A stretch of 64,000 nt of DNA, taken from an uncultured beta proteobacterium (GTDB lineage Bacteria > Pseudomonadota > Gammaproteobacteria > Burkholderiales > Casimicrobiaceae). The stretch's first letter is position 1. Each line of letters starts with the position of its first letter. The stretch lies in the NCBI GenBank assembly GCA_963755545.1, contig CAVWKH010000008.1, positions 659 to 64,658 on the forward strand, in the 5' to 3' direction. This document shows, one piece after another, positions 22,797 to 34,362 of the stretch. Position numbers and translations under genes: made by a program. The notes under the pieces are model-generated. The model was not told where the DNA came from. It did not search any database and was given only the letters and a program-made list of their open reading frames with translations.

Positions 22797-23874
22797 TCAA
22801 TGCGGGAACGGCCACAGCCGCAGCTTTTCCTTGCCGATCTGCCACAGTCGGGCCAGGCCATGCGGCTCGACGATCAGGAAGAAGATGATGAGGCCGCCGA
22901 AAACCATCAGCTCCAGATTGGAAATCGCGCTTTCCGGGATGTGGAGTCCGATGCTGCTGTCCAGGAAACGCACGATGATGCTAAGAATGATCGGTACCAG
23001 CGTGACAAACGCGGCACCCAGGAACGAACCCAGTATCGAGCCCACGCCGCCGATGATCACCATGAACAGGATGCGGAAGGAGAGATCGAGACTGTAGGCC
23101 TCCGGCTCGACGGTGCCCAGGAACGCGTAGGCGAACAGCGCGCCGGCGACGCCGCAGTAGAACGAGCTCACCGCGAAGGCCAGCAGCTTGGCGCGCATGA
23201 GCCGGATGCCGATCACTTCGGCGGCGACGTCCATGTCGCGCACCGCCATCCACGACCGGCCGACGTTGCCGCGCGCCATGTTCTTCGCCGCCAGCGCCAT
23301 CACCGCGACGATCGACAGCACCAGCAGGTATTTGGCCTGCGGCGTTTCGAACGCGTAGCCCAGGATGACGATCTTCTGCGCGGTGATCACGCCGGACGAA
23401 CTGTAGTTCGAAACCCAGCCCACCTTGGTCAGGAACCAGAGGATGAAGAATTGCGCGGCCAGCGTCGCAACGGCGAGGTAGAAGCCACGGATGCGCAGGC
23501 TCGGCAGGCCGAACAGGATGCCCACGGCCGCCGCCATGAGGCCGCCGCCCGCAAATGCCACCAGGATCGGCATGCCGGGAACGCGCAACATGAAGTTGTA
23601 CGACGCAAACGCGCCGACCGCCATGAACGCCGCCGTGCCCAGCGATAGCTGGCCGCAGTAACCGGTCAGGATGTTGAGCCCGATCGCGGCCAGCGACGCC
23701 GATCAGGAAGGGAATCAGGATCGCGGAGAACAGGTAAGGCGTGGCGAACAGCGGGATCGCGATGAAGGCGATGGCCAGGATGACGGCCATCGCAATGCGG
23801 TCCTGGCGGATCGGAAAGATCGCCGAGTCGGCAACGTAGGTTGGCTTGAACTGGCCTGCTTCGCGATAGAACAT
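22797..23874 (-). CDS. ABC permease (LivM-like), frameshift at ~23698
   Basis: MFYREAGQFK N-terminus; GLPSLRIRGFYLAVATLA; GRSWMAVRD. Confidence 0.88.
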
Positions 23875-23886
23875 CGGGATGTCTCG

Positions 23887-24796
23887 TCAGATCCGGCGGA
23901 TGATTTTTTCGCCGAACAGGCCTTCGGGGCGAATGAGCAGGAACACCAGCGCGAGCACGTACGGGAACCAGCCTTCGATGCCGCCGCCGACGAAGGGGCC
24001 GATGTAGAACTCCGCAAGCTTCTCCGTCGCGCCGATGATGAGGCCGCCCACGATGGCGCCCGGGATCGATTCGAAGCCTCCCAGTATCAGCACCGGCAGC
24101 GCCTTCAGCGCGACGAAGGTCAGCGCGAACTGAACGCCGTTGCGCGCGCCCCACAACAGTCCCGCCACGAGCGCGACCGCACCGGCAACCGCCCACACGA
24201 TCGCCCAGATCTGCTGCAGCGGAATGCCGACGGCAAGCGCGGCCTGGTGATCGTCAGCGACCGCGCGCAATGCGCGCCCGATGCGGGTGCGATTGAAGAA
24301 CAGCGCCAGCGACGTCACGAGGATCGCCGCCACGCCCGCCGCGGCGAGGTCGAACTTGGAGATGTTTATTCCCCAGTGCTCCGATGTCCACTGTAACGGC
24401 TCGTCCTGCAATCCGAGGTCGAGGCCGCGCACGTTGGCGCCCCACATGATCTGCGCCAGACCCTCGATGAAGAACGCGAGGCCGATGGTGGCCATGAACA
24501 GCGCGATCTGCGGCTGATTGACGAGCGGTCGCAGCACGACTCGTTCGATGACAAGCGCCAGGATCACCATCACGGCGAGCGTTGCCGGCACCGCCAGCCA
24601 GAACGGCAGTGCCCTTCTCCAGCAGCCCGACGTACGTCAGCGCGGCGAAGAACACCATCGCGCCCTGCGCAAAATTGAAGACGCCGGATGCCTTGTAGAT
24701 CAGCACGAAGCCCAGCGCGACGAGCGAATACATGACGCCGGACAGCAGGCCGGCGATGAGGACCTCGAAGAAAATCGACCAGTCAAAGCCGGGCAT
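23887..24796 (-). CDS. ABC permease (LivH-like), frameshift at ~24610
   Basis: YSLVALGFVLIYKASGVFNFAQG | GRALRAVADD, LGGFESIPGA, RPEGLFG. Confidence 0.88.
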
Positions 24797-24807
24797 CGCC
24801 TTGGCTC

Positions 24808-25604
24808 CTAGTGGGCGACGCCGAGATAGGCATCGATCACGCTCTGGTTGCCGCGAATGTCCTCGGGCGAGCCGTCACCGATTTTCTTGCCGTAGTCGAG
24901 CACCACCACGCGGTCGGAAATATCCATCACGACGCCCATGTCGTGCTCGATCAGGACGATCGTCGTGCCGTACTGTTCGTTGACGTCGAGGATGAAGCGG
25001 CACATGTCCTGCTTTTCCTCGACGTTCATGCCGGCCATCGGCTCGTCCAGCAGCAGGAGCGTCGGCTCCGCGGCCAGCGCGCGCGCGAGCTCGACGCGCT
25101 TCTGCAATCCATAGGGCAGGCGGCCGACCGGCGTCCTGCGGATATGCTGGATCTCGAGGAAGTCGATCACCTCTTCGACCTTCAGGCGGTTGGCGAATTC
25201 CTCGCGGCGCGCGCGGCCGAACCAGATCGCCTGCTCGAGGAAATTGGCCTTCATCTTGAGGTTGCGGCCGGTCATGATGTTGTCCAGCACGCTCATGCCG
25301 CGAAACAGCGCGATGTTCTGGAACGTGCGGGCGATGCCGTGGGCAGCGGCATCGTGGGTGTTCATGTCGCGACGCACGTTGCCGCGAAAGGTGATCGTCC
25401 CGTGCTGCGGCCGATAGACGCCGTTGATCACGTTGAGCATCGAGCTCTTGCCGGCGCCGTTGGGACCGATGATCGCGCGGATCTCGCGCTCGCGCACGTC
25501 GAAGCTGATGTCGGTCAGTGCCTTCACGCCGCCGAACGCCAGCGAGATGTTGTCCAGCTTGAGCATCACGTCGCCGACCGTGCGGTCGCTGTTGTCATGG
25601 CCAT
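24808..25604 (-). CDS. ABC transporter ATP-binding protein (LivG-like); 5' end uncertain
   Basis: FGGVKAL, GPNGAGKS, ARTFQNI, LLLDEPMAG; in-frame ATG at 25566, or ATG at 25604/25598 if there is an indel at ~25585. Confidence 0.88.
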
Positions 25605-25618
25605 GCGCGGTAGCACCG

Positions 25619-27560
25619 TCAGGCCGCCTTGTCCGAAAGCGACGGGAAGGTTCGCGCGTCCTCGATGTGCAGGTCGGCCGCCACCATGTTGGTGCGGCCG
25701 TCCTCGAACCGCACCAGCGTCTCGATGTGCTGGACATTCCGCTCGCTGTACAGCGCGTCGATCAGCACTGCGTATTTCTCGCCCACGAAGCCGCGTCTGC
25801 ACTTTGCGCGTGCGCGTCAGCTCGTCGTCATCGGGGTCGAGCTCCTTGTGCAGCACCAGGAAGCGCCGGATCTGCGATTCGGCAAGTCCCGCTTCGGCCG
25901 CAAGTTCGGCGTTGACCTTCTCCACGCATTCCTTGATCAGCGCAATCACCTCGGGCTTCTGCGCCAGGTCCGTATAGCCTGAATAGGCGAGACCGCGCCG
26001 CTCGGCCCAGTTGCCGACCGAGCCCAGGTCGATATTGATGAACGCGCACGCGTGATCGCGGCCGTTGCCGAACGCCACCGCCTCCTTGATGTGCGGGAAG
26101 AACTTGAGCTTGTTCTCGAGATAATTGGGCGCGAACATCGCGCCGCCAGCAAGGCGTCCGACGTCCTTGGCGCGATCGATGATCTTGAGGTGACCGCCCT
26201 CGTCGAAGAACCCCGCGTCGCCGGTATGGAAGAATCCTTCGGAATCGATCGACTCCGCCGTCGCATCCGGCCGCTTGTAGTATTCCTTGAACAGCATCGG
26301 CCCGCGCACCATCACTTCGCCATTGTCCGCGACCTTCACCTCGACTCTCGGGGCGGGCAAGCCGACGGTGTCCAGCAACACGCCGCCATCGGGCTGCATG
26401 CACACGTAGGCGCAAGTCTCGGTTTGGCCGTAGAACTGCTTGAGATTGATGCCAATCGAGCGATAGAAGCGAAACAGGTCCGGCCCGATCGCCGCACCGG
26501 CGGTGTAGGCGACGCGAACGCGGCTCATGCCGAGCACGTTGCGCAGGGGCGCATATACGAGCAGATTGCCGAGCCAGTACTGCAGCCGTTGCGCGAAAGG
26601 AACGCTCTTGCCGTCCAGGATTTCGGCGCCGCAGCGCCGCGCGACGGCCATGAAGTGATGGAAGATCGCGCGCTTGGGCGCGCCCGCGTCCTCCATCCGG
26701 ATCATCACCTGCGTCAGCAGATTCTCGAACACGCGTGGCGGTGCGAAGTAATACGTGGGGCCGATTTCGCGCAGATCGGTCATCACGGTGTCGCCCGATT
26801 CCGGACAGTTGATGGTGAAGCCCGCCACCAACGCCTGCGCATAGCTGAACAGGTTGTCGCCGACCCACGCCATCGGCAGGTACGACAGGATGTTCTCGTC
26901 GGCCGTGAGGTGGTCGAATTCGATGCCGCCCCGCGCAGCGGCGATGAGCGCCGCGTGCGTCTGGCACACTCCTTTGGGCTTGCCTGTCGTGCCCGACGTA
27001 TACAGCATGATCGCCACATCGTCGGTGGCGCCCTTTGCGATTTCCGCGTCGTAGAACCCCGGGCGTGCCGCGTCGAATGCGCGACCCAGTTCTTCCAGGC
27101 GGTCGAAACTCATGACCTGCGCATAGTTGCGCAAGCCCCGCGGATCGTCGAAGTAGATGTGCGCGAGCGTGGGAACTTGCGGCTGCGCCTCCAGCAACTT
27201 GTCCACCTGTTCCTGGTCTTCAACCAGTGCAAACGCGATTTCCGCGTCGTTCAGCACGAACACGAGGTCGGCGGCGGGCGCGTCCTGGTACATGGGCACC
27301 GGGATGCCACCCAGCGCCTGCGCCGCGCATATCGCCCAATACAGGCGAGGCCGGTTGTCGCCGATGATGGACAGGTGCATGCCGCGCTTGAACCCTTGCG
27401 CCGCAAGGCCGCAGGCGATGGCGCGAACTTCGGCGGCGACCTGCGCCCAGGTCCAGGTTTGCCAGATGCCGAGGTCCTTTTCGCGCGTCGCCGGATGCAG
27501 CGGCCGCACCTTCGCGTGGTGCAGCAGCAATTTCGGAAACGTATCGAGCTTCTCCTCCAT
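25619..27560 (-). CDS. Long-chain fatty acyl-CoA synthetase (AMP-binding), frameshift at ~25800
   Basis: MLYTSGTTGKPKG, YGQTE, FHTGDAG, IIDRAKD, ELTRTRKV | RRGFV...; corrected frame stops at 25619. Confidence 0.9.
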
Positions 27561-27638
27561 CCGCTCCTCCGAGGCGAACACGCTCGCCGCCGTTTTTCCT
27601 GCGGGCGACTGAAGCGTGCTGCGCGGAGGTATCTTAGC

Positions 27639-28319
27639 TCAGACCGGGGCGAACGTCGTCTTTGCCCGGACCCGCGGCATCGCGCGCAGCGGCCGAAGCG
27701 GCGGACGCGTGGCCAGTCCCGCGAGGAACGCGTCGATCAGCGCGGGTGCCGCCGCGGAAAGATCATAGGCGGAAGGGTCGAGCACCCATTCATGCATGAT
27801 GCCGACCATCAGCGCGTTGAGTCCGTGCGCGGCCAACGTCGCATCGATTTGAGGCGGCAACTCGCCCACCTCGGCGCAGCGACGAATGATCGCCTCGATC
27901 TGTCCCAGGCATTGGCAGCGGTTGTTCTCGTTCGACGTTGCGATGCCCGCCAATTCGTCGACCAGTTCCGTCTTGTGGAAGATCACTTCGAATACGACTT
28001 GCGTTCGCGCATCCACGGCGAGCCGTTGCAGCGCACCGACGCAAAGCTCCCGCAGCGTGGCCAGCGGATCGGTCGTGACCGTCGCGTTGGCGCGTTCGAA
28101 CAATTCGTCCAGCGGCAACGTCGCGCGGTCGCACATTGCATGGAACAATGCGGCCTTGTCCTTGAAATGCCAGTACACGGCGCCGCGTGTCACACCAGCG
28201 GCATTGGCAATCTCGGCCAACGATGTACGGGTGACGCCGCGTTGCCGGAAAACGCATTCGGCGGCGTCGAGCAGCCGTCCGCGAGTCTCCAGCGCTTCCA
28301 TCTTGGTCTTGCGTGCCAT
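27639..28319 (-). CDS. acrR: TetR/AcrR family repressor
   Basis: MARKTKMEALETR..GVTRGAVYWHFKDK; divergent from the RND operon. Confidence 0.9.
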   Translation of the reverse strand: MARKTKMEALETRGRLLDAAECVFRQRGVTRTSLAEIANAAGVTRGAVYWHFKDKAALFHAMCDRATLPLDELFERANATVTTDPLATLRELCVGALQRLAVDARTQVVFEVIFHKTELVDELAGIATSNENNRCQCLGQIEAIIRRCAEVGELPPQIDATLAAHGLNALMVGIMHEWVLDPSAYDLSAAAPALIDAFLAGLATRPPLRPLRAMPRVRAKTTFAPV

Positions 28320-28364
28320 TTCCCGGTTTTCCGCCTTTTTTAGCTTGTCGAGCCAAAACCCGCT

Positions 28365-28390
28365 TTACAAACATACGTGAATGTATGTAA
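28365..28390. promoter_or_regulatory. AcrR-type operator palindrome
   Basis: TTACAAACATACGTGAATGTATGTAA, an imperfect inverted repeat resembling the E. coli AcrR site, between the divergent genes. Confidence 0.8.
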
Positions 28391-28454
28391 CCTTCACCGT
28401 TTTGGCAAGTCCTTTCTGCAGCAACGTTGCTGCAAATCAAGTCCGGAGTCATCC

Positions 28455-29688
28455 ATGCGCGTCCCCGCACGTCGTATTGCCCGCCCCTTACTGCCCTTGG
28501 TGGCGATCACGTCCATCCTGCTCGTCCTCGCCGGCTGTGGCCAGCAGCAACAAGGCGGCTTCCCCGGATTTCCTCCGGGCGAAGTAACCACGGTCACGGT
28601 CGCGCCGCGCAACCTGCCGGTCACCTACGAGTACGTGGGCCAGACGGCGGGCTCCAAGGAGGTCGAGGTCCGCGCTCGGGTAACGGGCATCCTTGAACAG
28701 AAGCTGTATCAGGAAGGCGCGCCCGTTCGCGCAGGCCAGGTGCTCTTCGTCATCGACCCCAAGCCCCTTGCCGCCCAGGCCGCTGCCCTTGAAGCGGACC
28801 TGGCCCGCGCGCAGGCCGCCAAGGCGCAGTCCGATCGCGAATTGGCACGATTGAAGCCGCTGGCCGAAAAGCGTGCGGTGGGCCAGAAGGAGGCCGATGA
28901 CGCCGCTTCCAATGCCGAGTTGTCCGCCGCCTCGGTCAAGGCAGCCCAGGCCAAGCTGGACGAGGTCAAGCTAAGCCTGGGCTATACGCGCGTTGTCGCG
29001 CCGATCAGCGGCCTGTCGAGCCGCGCGCCGAAATCCGAAGGCAGCCTGGTCACGGCCAACGACACGCTGCTGACGTCGATCTCACAGGCCAACCCGATAT
29101 GGGTGCCATTTTCCATTTCCGAAAATGAACAGCTGGTCCTCAACAAGGCAGTGAGCGAAGGCCGCCTCACGCTGCCCAAGGACAACGCATTCAATGTCAC
29201 CGTCAAGTTGTCCGACGGCACGATCATCCCGCGCAAGGGGCGCATCAACTTTGCCGACACGCGTATCAACCCTTCCACGGGAACGTTCGAGATGCGGGCC
29301 GAACTGCCCAACGCCGACGGCGTGTTGAAGCCCGGCCAGTTCGTGCGGGTCAGCCTGGACGGCGCCGTGCGCAATAACGCGCTGGCCGTGCCGCAGGTCG
29401 CAGTGCTGGATGGACCCCAGGGAAAGTTCGTCTACGTGGTGGACAAGGACAAGGATGGCAAGGACATCGCCGCCAGCCGGCCGGTGACCGTCGGGCAATG
29501 GGTCAACCAGGACAACACGAATCTGTGGATCATCGAATCGGGTCTGAAGGCCGGCGACAAGGTCATCACCGACGGCGTTTCGAAACTTCGTCCGGGCGCG
29601 CCGATCAAGCTGGGCGGCGCGCCCCCCGGCGGCTGGCACCCGCGGCTCCGCGCCCGCTGCGCCCGCCCCCGCGGCCAGCAAGTCGTAA
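28455..29688 (+). CDS. acrA: RND efflux membrane fusion lipoprotein (extra C at ~29625)
   Basis: LAGC lipobox; EVRARVTG, YTRVVAPISG; corrected frame ends PAAGTRGSAPAAPAPAASKS* at 29688. Confidence 0.88.
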
Positions 29689-29711
29689 CCCACGCGAAGG
29701 CGAACCTCCAC

Positions 29712-32700
29712 ATGCTCTCGCGCTTCTTCATCGACCGGCCGATCTTCGCGGCCGTCATCTCGATATTCCTGATCATCGCCGGGCTGGCTGCGATACGCAC
29801 ATTGCCGATCGCGCAATACCCGGAAATCGCGCCGCCGGTCGTCACCGTACAGGCGATCTACCCGGGAGCCTCAGCGGAAGTGGTCGAACGGACGGTTGCA
29901 GCACCGCTCGAGAATGCGATCAACGGCATTCCCGGCATGATGTACATGAGCTCCAACTCGGCGTCGAACGGCGTCGTGCAAATCCAGGTGACCTTCGAAA
30001 TCGGCACCGACGTCGATATCGCCGCCGTCAACGTGAACAACCGCGTCAAGCAAGTCGAGCCGAGGCTCCCCGAAGAGGTGCGGCGTCAGGGCGTCACCGT
30101 CGAACGCGGCAGCTCGTCGTTCCTGCAAGTCGTCGCGTTCTATTCGCCGGACGGCCGCTATGACGACCTGTTCACATCCAACTACGTGACGCTGAACGTG
30201 CTGGATGACCTCAAGCGCCTGCCCGGCACCACCAACGTGCAGATTTTCGGCGCCAAGGACTATGCGATGCGGATCTGGCTCAAGCCGGACCGCCTTGCGC
30301 AACTCAAGCTTACGCCGGGAGACGTAATCACGGCGGTTAACGACCAGAACGCGCAGTTCGCCGCCGGCAAGGTCGGGCAGTCACCCATTTCCAAGGGTCA
30401 GGATCTCGTCTACACCGTCACAGCCAAAGGCCGCCTCGCCGATCCCAAGGAATTCGAGCAAATCATCGTCCGTGCCAACCCGGACGGCTCGGCAGTCCGT
30501 TTGATCGACGTGGCGCGCGTGGAATTGGGCGCGAAGGACTATGAATTCAACGGCCGCTTCAACGGCAAGCCCGCGACGCTGGTGGGAATATTTCTGGCGC
30601 CGGGCGCCAACGCGCTGGACGTCGCCAAGGCGTCAAAGGCGATGCTCGCCAACCTGTCTCAACGCTTTCCCGAGGGGCTGACCTACAACGTCGCCTTCGA
30701 CACCACGCGCTTCGTCGAGGTGTCAATCCGCGAAGTGCTGAAGACGCTTGGCGAGGCGATGATCCTCGTGTTCCTCGTCGTCTATCTGTTCCTGCAGAGC
30801 TGGCGCGCGGCGATCATTCCATTCGCGGCGGTACCCGTGGCGCTGATCGGCACGTTCGCGGGCATCTCCATGCTCGGCTATTCGATCAACACGCTGACGC
30901 TGTTCGCAATGGTGCTGTCGATAGGCATCGTCGTCGATGATGCGATTGTCGTGCTGGAAAACGTCGAGCGGATCATGCGAGAAGAGGGCCTGGAGGCGCG
31001 CGATGCAGCGGTGAAGGCGATGGAACAGGTCACAGGGCCGATCATCGCGATCGTGCTGACGCTCGTTTCGGTGTTCGTCCCCATCGCATTCCTGGGCGGA
31101 CTCACCGGTGAACTCTACCGCCAGTTCGCCGTGACAATTTCGATCTCGGTGGTGATCTCCGGCATCGTCGCGCTGTCCCTGTCGCCGGCGCTGTGCGCGC
31201 TGATCCTCAAGCCCCACGTCGCGCCCCGTGGTTTCTTCGCGTGGTTCAACCGCACGTTCGACAAGGTCGTCAACCGCTACACCCATGGCGTCGCCTGGTT
31301 GATCCGCCGTGCGGCCCTCGGCCTGACGCTGTTCGCGCTGATGGTCGTGGCGGCGGTGCTGATGTGGCGCATCACGCCGGGCAGCCTGGTGCCCGACGAA
31401 GACCAGGGCTTTTACATTTCGGCGGTAATTCTTCCAGACGGCGCCACGCTCGAACGCACGCAGAAAGTGGTTGAAGAAGTGGAAGCGGCCATACGCAGCA
31501 ATCCCAACAACCAGGACGTCGTCGCCTTCACTGGCTTCGATTTCATCGGCGGCGGCTTTCGCAACAACGCGGCGACGCTGTTCGTGATCCAGAAGCCCTG
31601 GGATGAACGCGAGACAACGGCGCAGCAGTTGGTCGGCGAGTTGTACGGCAAGACCGCGCATATCAAGGAAGCGCTGGTGCTGGCGTTCAATCCGCCGCCG
31701 ATCTTCGGACTCGGCACCACGGGTGGCTACGAGTTCTACATCCAGAACCGCGGCGACGGCGGCTCCAAACGGCTGAACGAAGTGAAGGACGCGTTCCTCG
31801 CCCGCGTCAACTCGGACAAGGAGTTGGGCGGCGCGCAGACACTCTGGCATGCGGCCGTGCCGCAGCTCTATGTCGACGTCGATCGCGACAAGGCCAAGAA
31901 AATCGGCGTGCCGATCGGCGACATCTTCGCCGCGCTGTCGGCGACGATGGGCACCTACTATGTCAACGACTTCAACAAATACGGGCGCACGTGGCAGGTG
32001 CTGATGTCGGCCGAGCAACAATTCCGAAAGAAGCCCGACGACATTGCCGGCGTGTACGTGCGCGCGAAATCCGGCGACATGGTGCCGCTGTCCTCACTCG
32101 TCACGATCCAGTACACGTCCGGACCCGATTCGCTGGATCGCTTCAACAACCTGCCGGCCGTGAAGATCATCGGTCAGGCGGCGCCGGGCTATTCGTCCGG
32201 TCAGGCGATCGCGCGAGTCGAGCAGATCGCCAAGGAAGTGCTGCCGCCCGACTTCAGCTATGACTGGGGCGGCTCGTCGTACCAGGAAAAGAAATCCGGG
32301 GGCGCATCGACGTTTGCGTTGACCCTTGCCGTCATCATGGTGTTCCTGATCCTGTCGGCACAGTACGAGCGCTGGTCGCTGCCGCTGGCGGTGCTGATGG
32401 CGTTGCCATTCGGCACGTTCGGCGCGTTGGTGGCCGTGTGGGCGCGCCACCTGACGAGCGATGTCTACTTCCAGATCGGTCTCGTGACGCTGCTGGGCCT
32501 CGCGGCGAAGAACGCCATCCTGATCGTCGAGTTCGCGCTGAACAAGCACGAAGAGGGTTTGTCGCCATCGGCGGCGGCGGTCGACGGCGCGCGGCTGCGG
32601 TTCCGGCCGATTCTCATGACGTCGCTGGCGTTCATCTTCGGCGTGCTGCCGCTGGCGTTGTCGACGGGTGCCGGCGCAGGCGCGCGACATTCGGTGGGCA

Positions 32701-32909
32701 CCGGCGTCGCCGGCGGAATGCTGGCAGCGACCTTCCTCGCCATCTTCTTCGTGCCGATGTTCTTCAAGGTGATCTTCGACCGTCATGTCGTGGAAAAACG
32801 TTCAACGCAGGAAATTTTCGACGAACTCGATCGGGCCCACGAGGCGCAGCATATTCGCATCGGAACCGCGATTCCTCCGGGCAATGCACCGGGAGCCAGC
32901 CATGTCTGA
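29712..32909 (+). CDS. acrB: RND efflux permease (HAE1 family)
   Basis: MLSRFFIDRPIFA; IGIVVDDAIVVLENVER; GLAAKNAILIVEFA; RFRPILMTSLAF. Confidence 0.95.
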   Translation: MLSRFFIDRPIFAAVISIFLIIAGLAAIRTLPIAQYPEIAPPVVTVQAIYPGASAEVVERTVAAPLENAINGIPGMMYMSSNSASNGVVQIQVTFEIGTDVDIAAVNVNNRVKQVEPRLPEEVRRQGVTVERGSSSFLQVVAFYSPDGRYDDLFTSNYVTLNVLDDLKRLPGTTNVQIFGAKDYAMRIWLKPDRLAQLKLTPGDVITAVNDQNAQFAAGKVGQSPISKGQDLVYTVTAKGRLADPKEFEQIIVRANPDGSAVRLIDVARVELGAKDYEFNGRFNGKPATLVGIFLAPGANALDVAKASKAMLANLSQRFPEGLTYNVAFDTTRFVEVSIREVLKTLGEAMILVFLVVYLFLQSWRAAIIPFAAVPVALIGTFAGISMLGYSINTLTLFAMVLSIGIVVDDAIVVLENVERIMREEGLEARDAAVKAMEQVTGPIIAIVLTLVSVFVPIAFLGGLTGELYRQFAVTISISVVISGIVALSLSPALCALILKPHVAPRGFFAWFNRTFDKVVNRYTHGVAWLIRRAALGLTLFALMVVAAVLMWRITPGSLVPDEDQGFYISAVILPDGATLERTQKVVEEVEAAIRSNPNNQDVVAFTGFDFIGGGFRNNAATLFVIQKPWDERETTAQQLVGELYGKTAHIKEALVLAFNPPPIFGLGTTGGYEFYIQNRGDGGSKRLNEVKDAFLARVNSDKELGGAQTLWHAAVPQLYVDVDRDKAKKIGVPIGDIFAALSATMGTYYVNDFNKYGRTWQVLMSAEQQFRKKPDDIAGVYVRAKSGDMVPLSSLVTIQYTSGPDSLDRFNNLPAVKIIGQAAPGYSSGQAIARVEQIAKEVLPPDFSYDWGGSSYQEKKSGGASTFALTLAVIMVFLILSAQYERWSLPLAVLMALPFGTFGALVAVWARHLTSDVYFQIGLVTLLGLAAKNAILIVEFALNKHEEGLSPSAAAVDGARLRFRPILMTSLAFIFGVLPLALSTGAGAGARHSVGTGVAGGMLAATFLAIFFVPMFFKVIFDRHVVEKRSTQEIFDELDRAHEAQHIRIGTAIPPGNAPGASHV

Positions 32910-34362
32910 TCGTCACATTCGCATCCCGGGATTCGTCTCCGCAGCGGTGCTGGCGCTGATCGTCGGCGGTTGTGCTGTCACGCAACCGCTGCCGCCGAAG
33001 GTCGACATGCCGCCGGGTTCTGCCACGCCCGAGCAGAACGCCGCGCTCGCACAGTACTGGACGCTGTTCAACGACCCCGTGCTGGACCAGCTCGTCGCCG
33101 AGGCGCTGGCGAACAATCTCGACATCAAGATTGCGCTGGCGCGGGTCGATGCCGCGCGCGCGAGCGTGTTGCAGGCGCAGTCGTACCTTGCGCCGGACGT
33201 CAATCTCAACGTCAACGCCGCGCGCAATCGCATTTCGGGTGTTACGACCACGCCACTTCCAGCCGGCTACCCGCTCACGGGCAACGACTTCAACCTTTCG
33301 CTCGGTGTGTCCTACGAGCTCGACGTGTGGGGCAAGTATCGCAGCGGCGCGCTGGCGGCCGCCAACGATCTTGCGGCGTCCCGCTATTACCGGGAAACGG
33401 TGCGCATCACGGTCGCCGCTGAAGTTGCCAACACCTATTTCCGGCTGCGTGCCGCCGACGCCGAATTGGTGGTCCTCAACGACACGCTGAAGTCGCGCAC
33501 CGAGGCCGTGCAGCTGCAGCGCGACCGGTATGACGCGGGCCTGATCGGCGACTACGACTTCAAGCAGTCGCAGGCTGAGCGCTCTGCCGTCGTGGCCGAC
33601 ATTGCACGCGCCAAGCAGGCGATCGGGCAACTGGAATCGGCGCTCGCAACGCTGACCGGCCGTTCGCCGCGTGCCGTGTTCGAACCCGAGATCGCTCGCG
33701 GGCAAAGCATCGAGGCGGCGACCGAGGTGCCTTCGTTGCCGTCCGGCCTTCCCTCCGGCCTCCTCGAACGGCGGCCGGATATCCAGCGCGCCGAAGTCCT
33801 GCTCGCGGCGTCCGACCTGCGCATCCAGCAGGCGCGCGCCGACTACTTTCCGAGTCTCGGGCTGACCGGCAACATCGGCACCGACGCCGCGAAAATCAGC
33901 AACCTGTTCACGTCGCCGGCGGGCATCTGGGGCATCGGCTTCGGTCTCGTGCAGCCGCTGCTGTTCGTGAAATCGATCGACGCGCAGGTGGCGCTGGCCA
34001 AGGCCAACAACGATCGCGCGGGCGTCGAGTACCTGCAGGCCGTGCAGACCGCATTCCGCGAAGTGCACGATGCATTGGTGGTCAACCGTTCGGCGCGCGA
34101 CATATTGGCGGCGGAAACGGACCGGCGCAACGACCTGGCGATCGCGCTCGACATGGCAAACCTGCGCTACAACGCAGGTCGCACCTCGTATCTCGAAGTG
34201 CTCGACGCGCAGCGCACGCTGCTGGCCGCGGAGACCCTTCGTCTCGAAGCCGCGCGCGACGCGCGCCTGTCGATCGTCGATTTCGCCAGGTCGATCGGCG
34301 GCGGCTGGAAACCGGAATCGTATACGCCGGATAGCGTCGGGTCCTACTTCAGCGATCCCTGA
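32902..34362 (+). CDS. Outer membrane efflux lipoprotein (OprM/NodT family)
   Basis: VGGC lipobox; WTLFNDPVLDQL, YELDVWG, LLERRPDI, YLEVLDAQR, GGGW. Confidence 0.93.
   Translation: MSDRHIRIPGFVSAAVLALIVGGCAVTQPLPPKVDMPPGSATPEQNAALAQYWTLFNDPVLDQLVAEALANNLDIKIALARVDAARASVLQAQSYLAPDVNLNVNAARNRISGVTTTPLPAGYPLTGNDFNLSLGVSYELDVWGKYRSGALAAANDLAASRYYRETVRITVAAEVANTYFRLRAADAELVVLNDTLKSRTEAVQLQRDRYDAGLIGDYDFKQSQAERSAVVADIARAKQAIGQLESALATLTGRSPRAVFEPEIARGQSIEAATEVPSLPSGLPSGLLERRPDIQRAEVLLAASDLRIQQARADYFPSLGLTGNIGTDAAKISNLFTSPAGIWGIGFGLVQPLLFVKSIDAQVALAKANNDRAGVEYLQAVQTAFREVHDALVVNRSARDILAAETDRRNDLAIALDMANLRYNAGRTSYLEVLDAQRTLLAAETLRLEAARDARLSIVDFARSIGGGWKPESYTPDSVGSYFSDP

Noticed and set aside
28377-32909. 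Apparent 1510-aa AcrA-AcrB fusion
   Set aside because: Removing one C from the C6 run at ~29622-29627 gives a normal Ala/Pro tail, a TAA at 29686 and a separate ATG at 29712; this matches the window's indel pattern.
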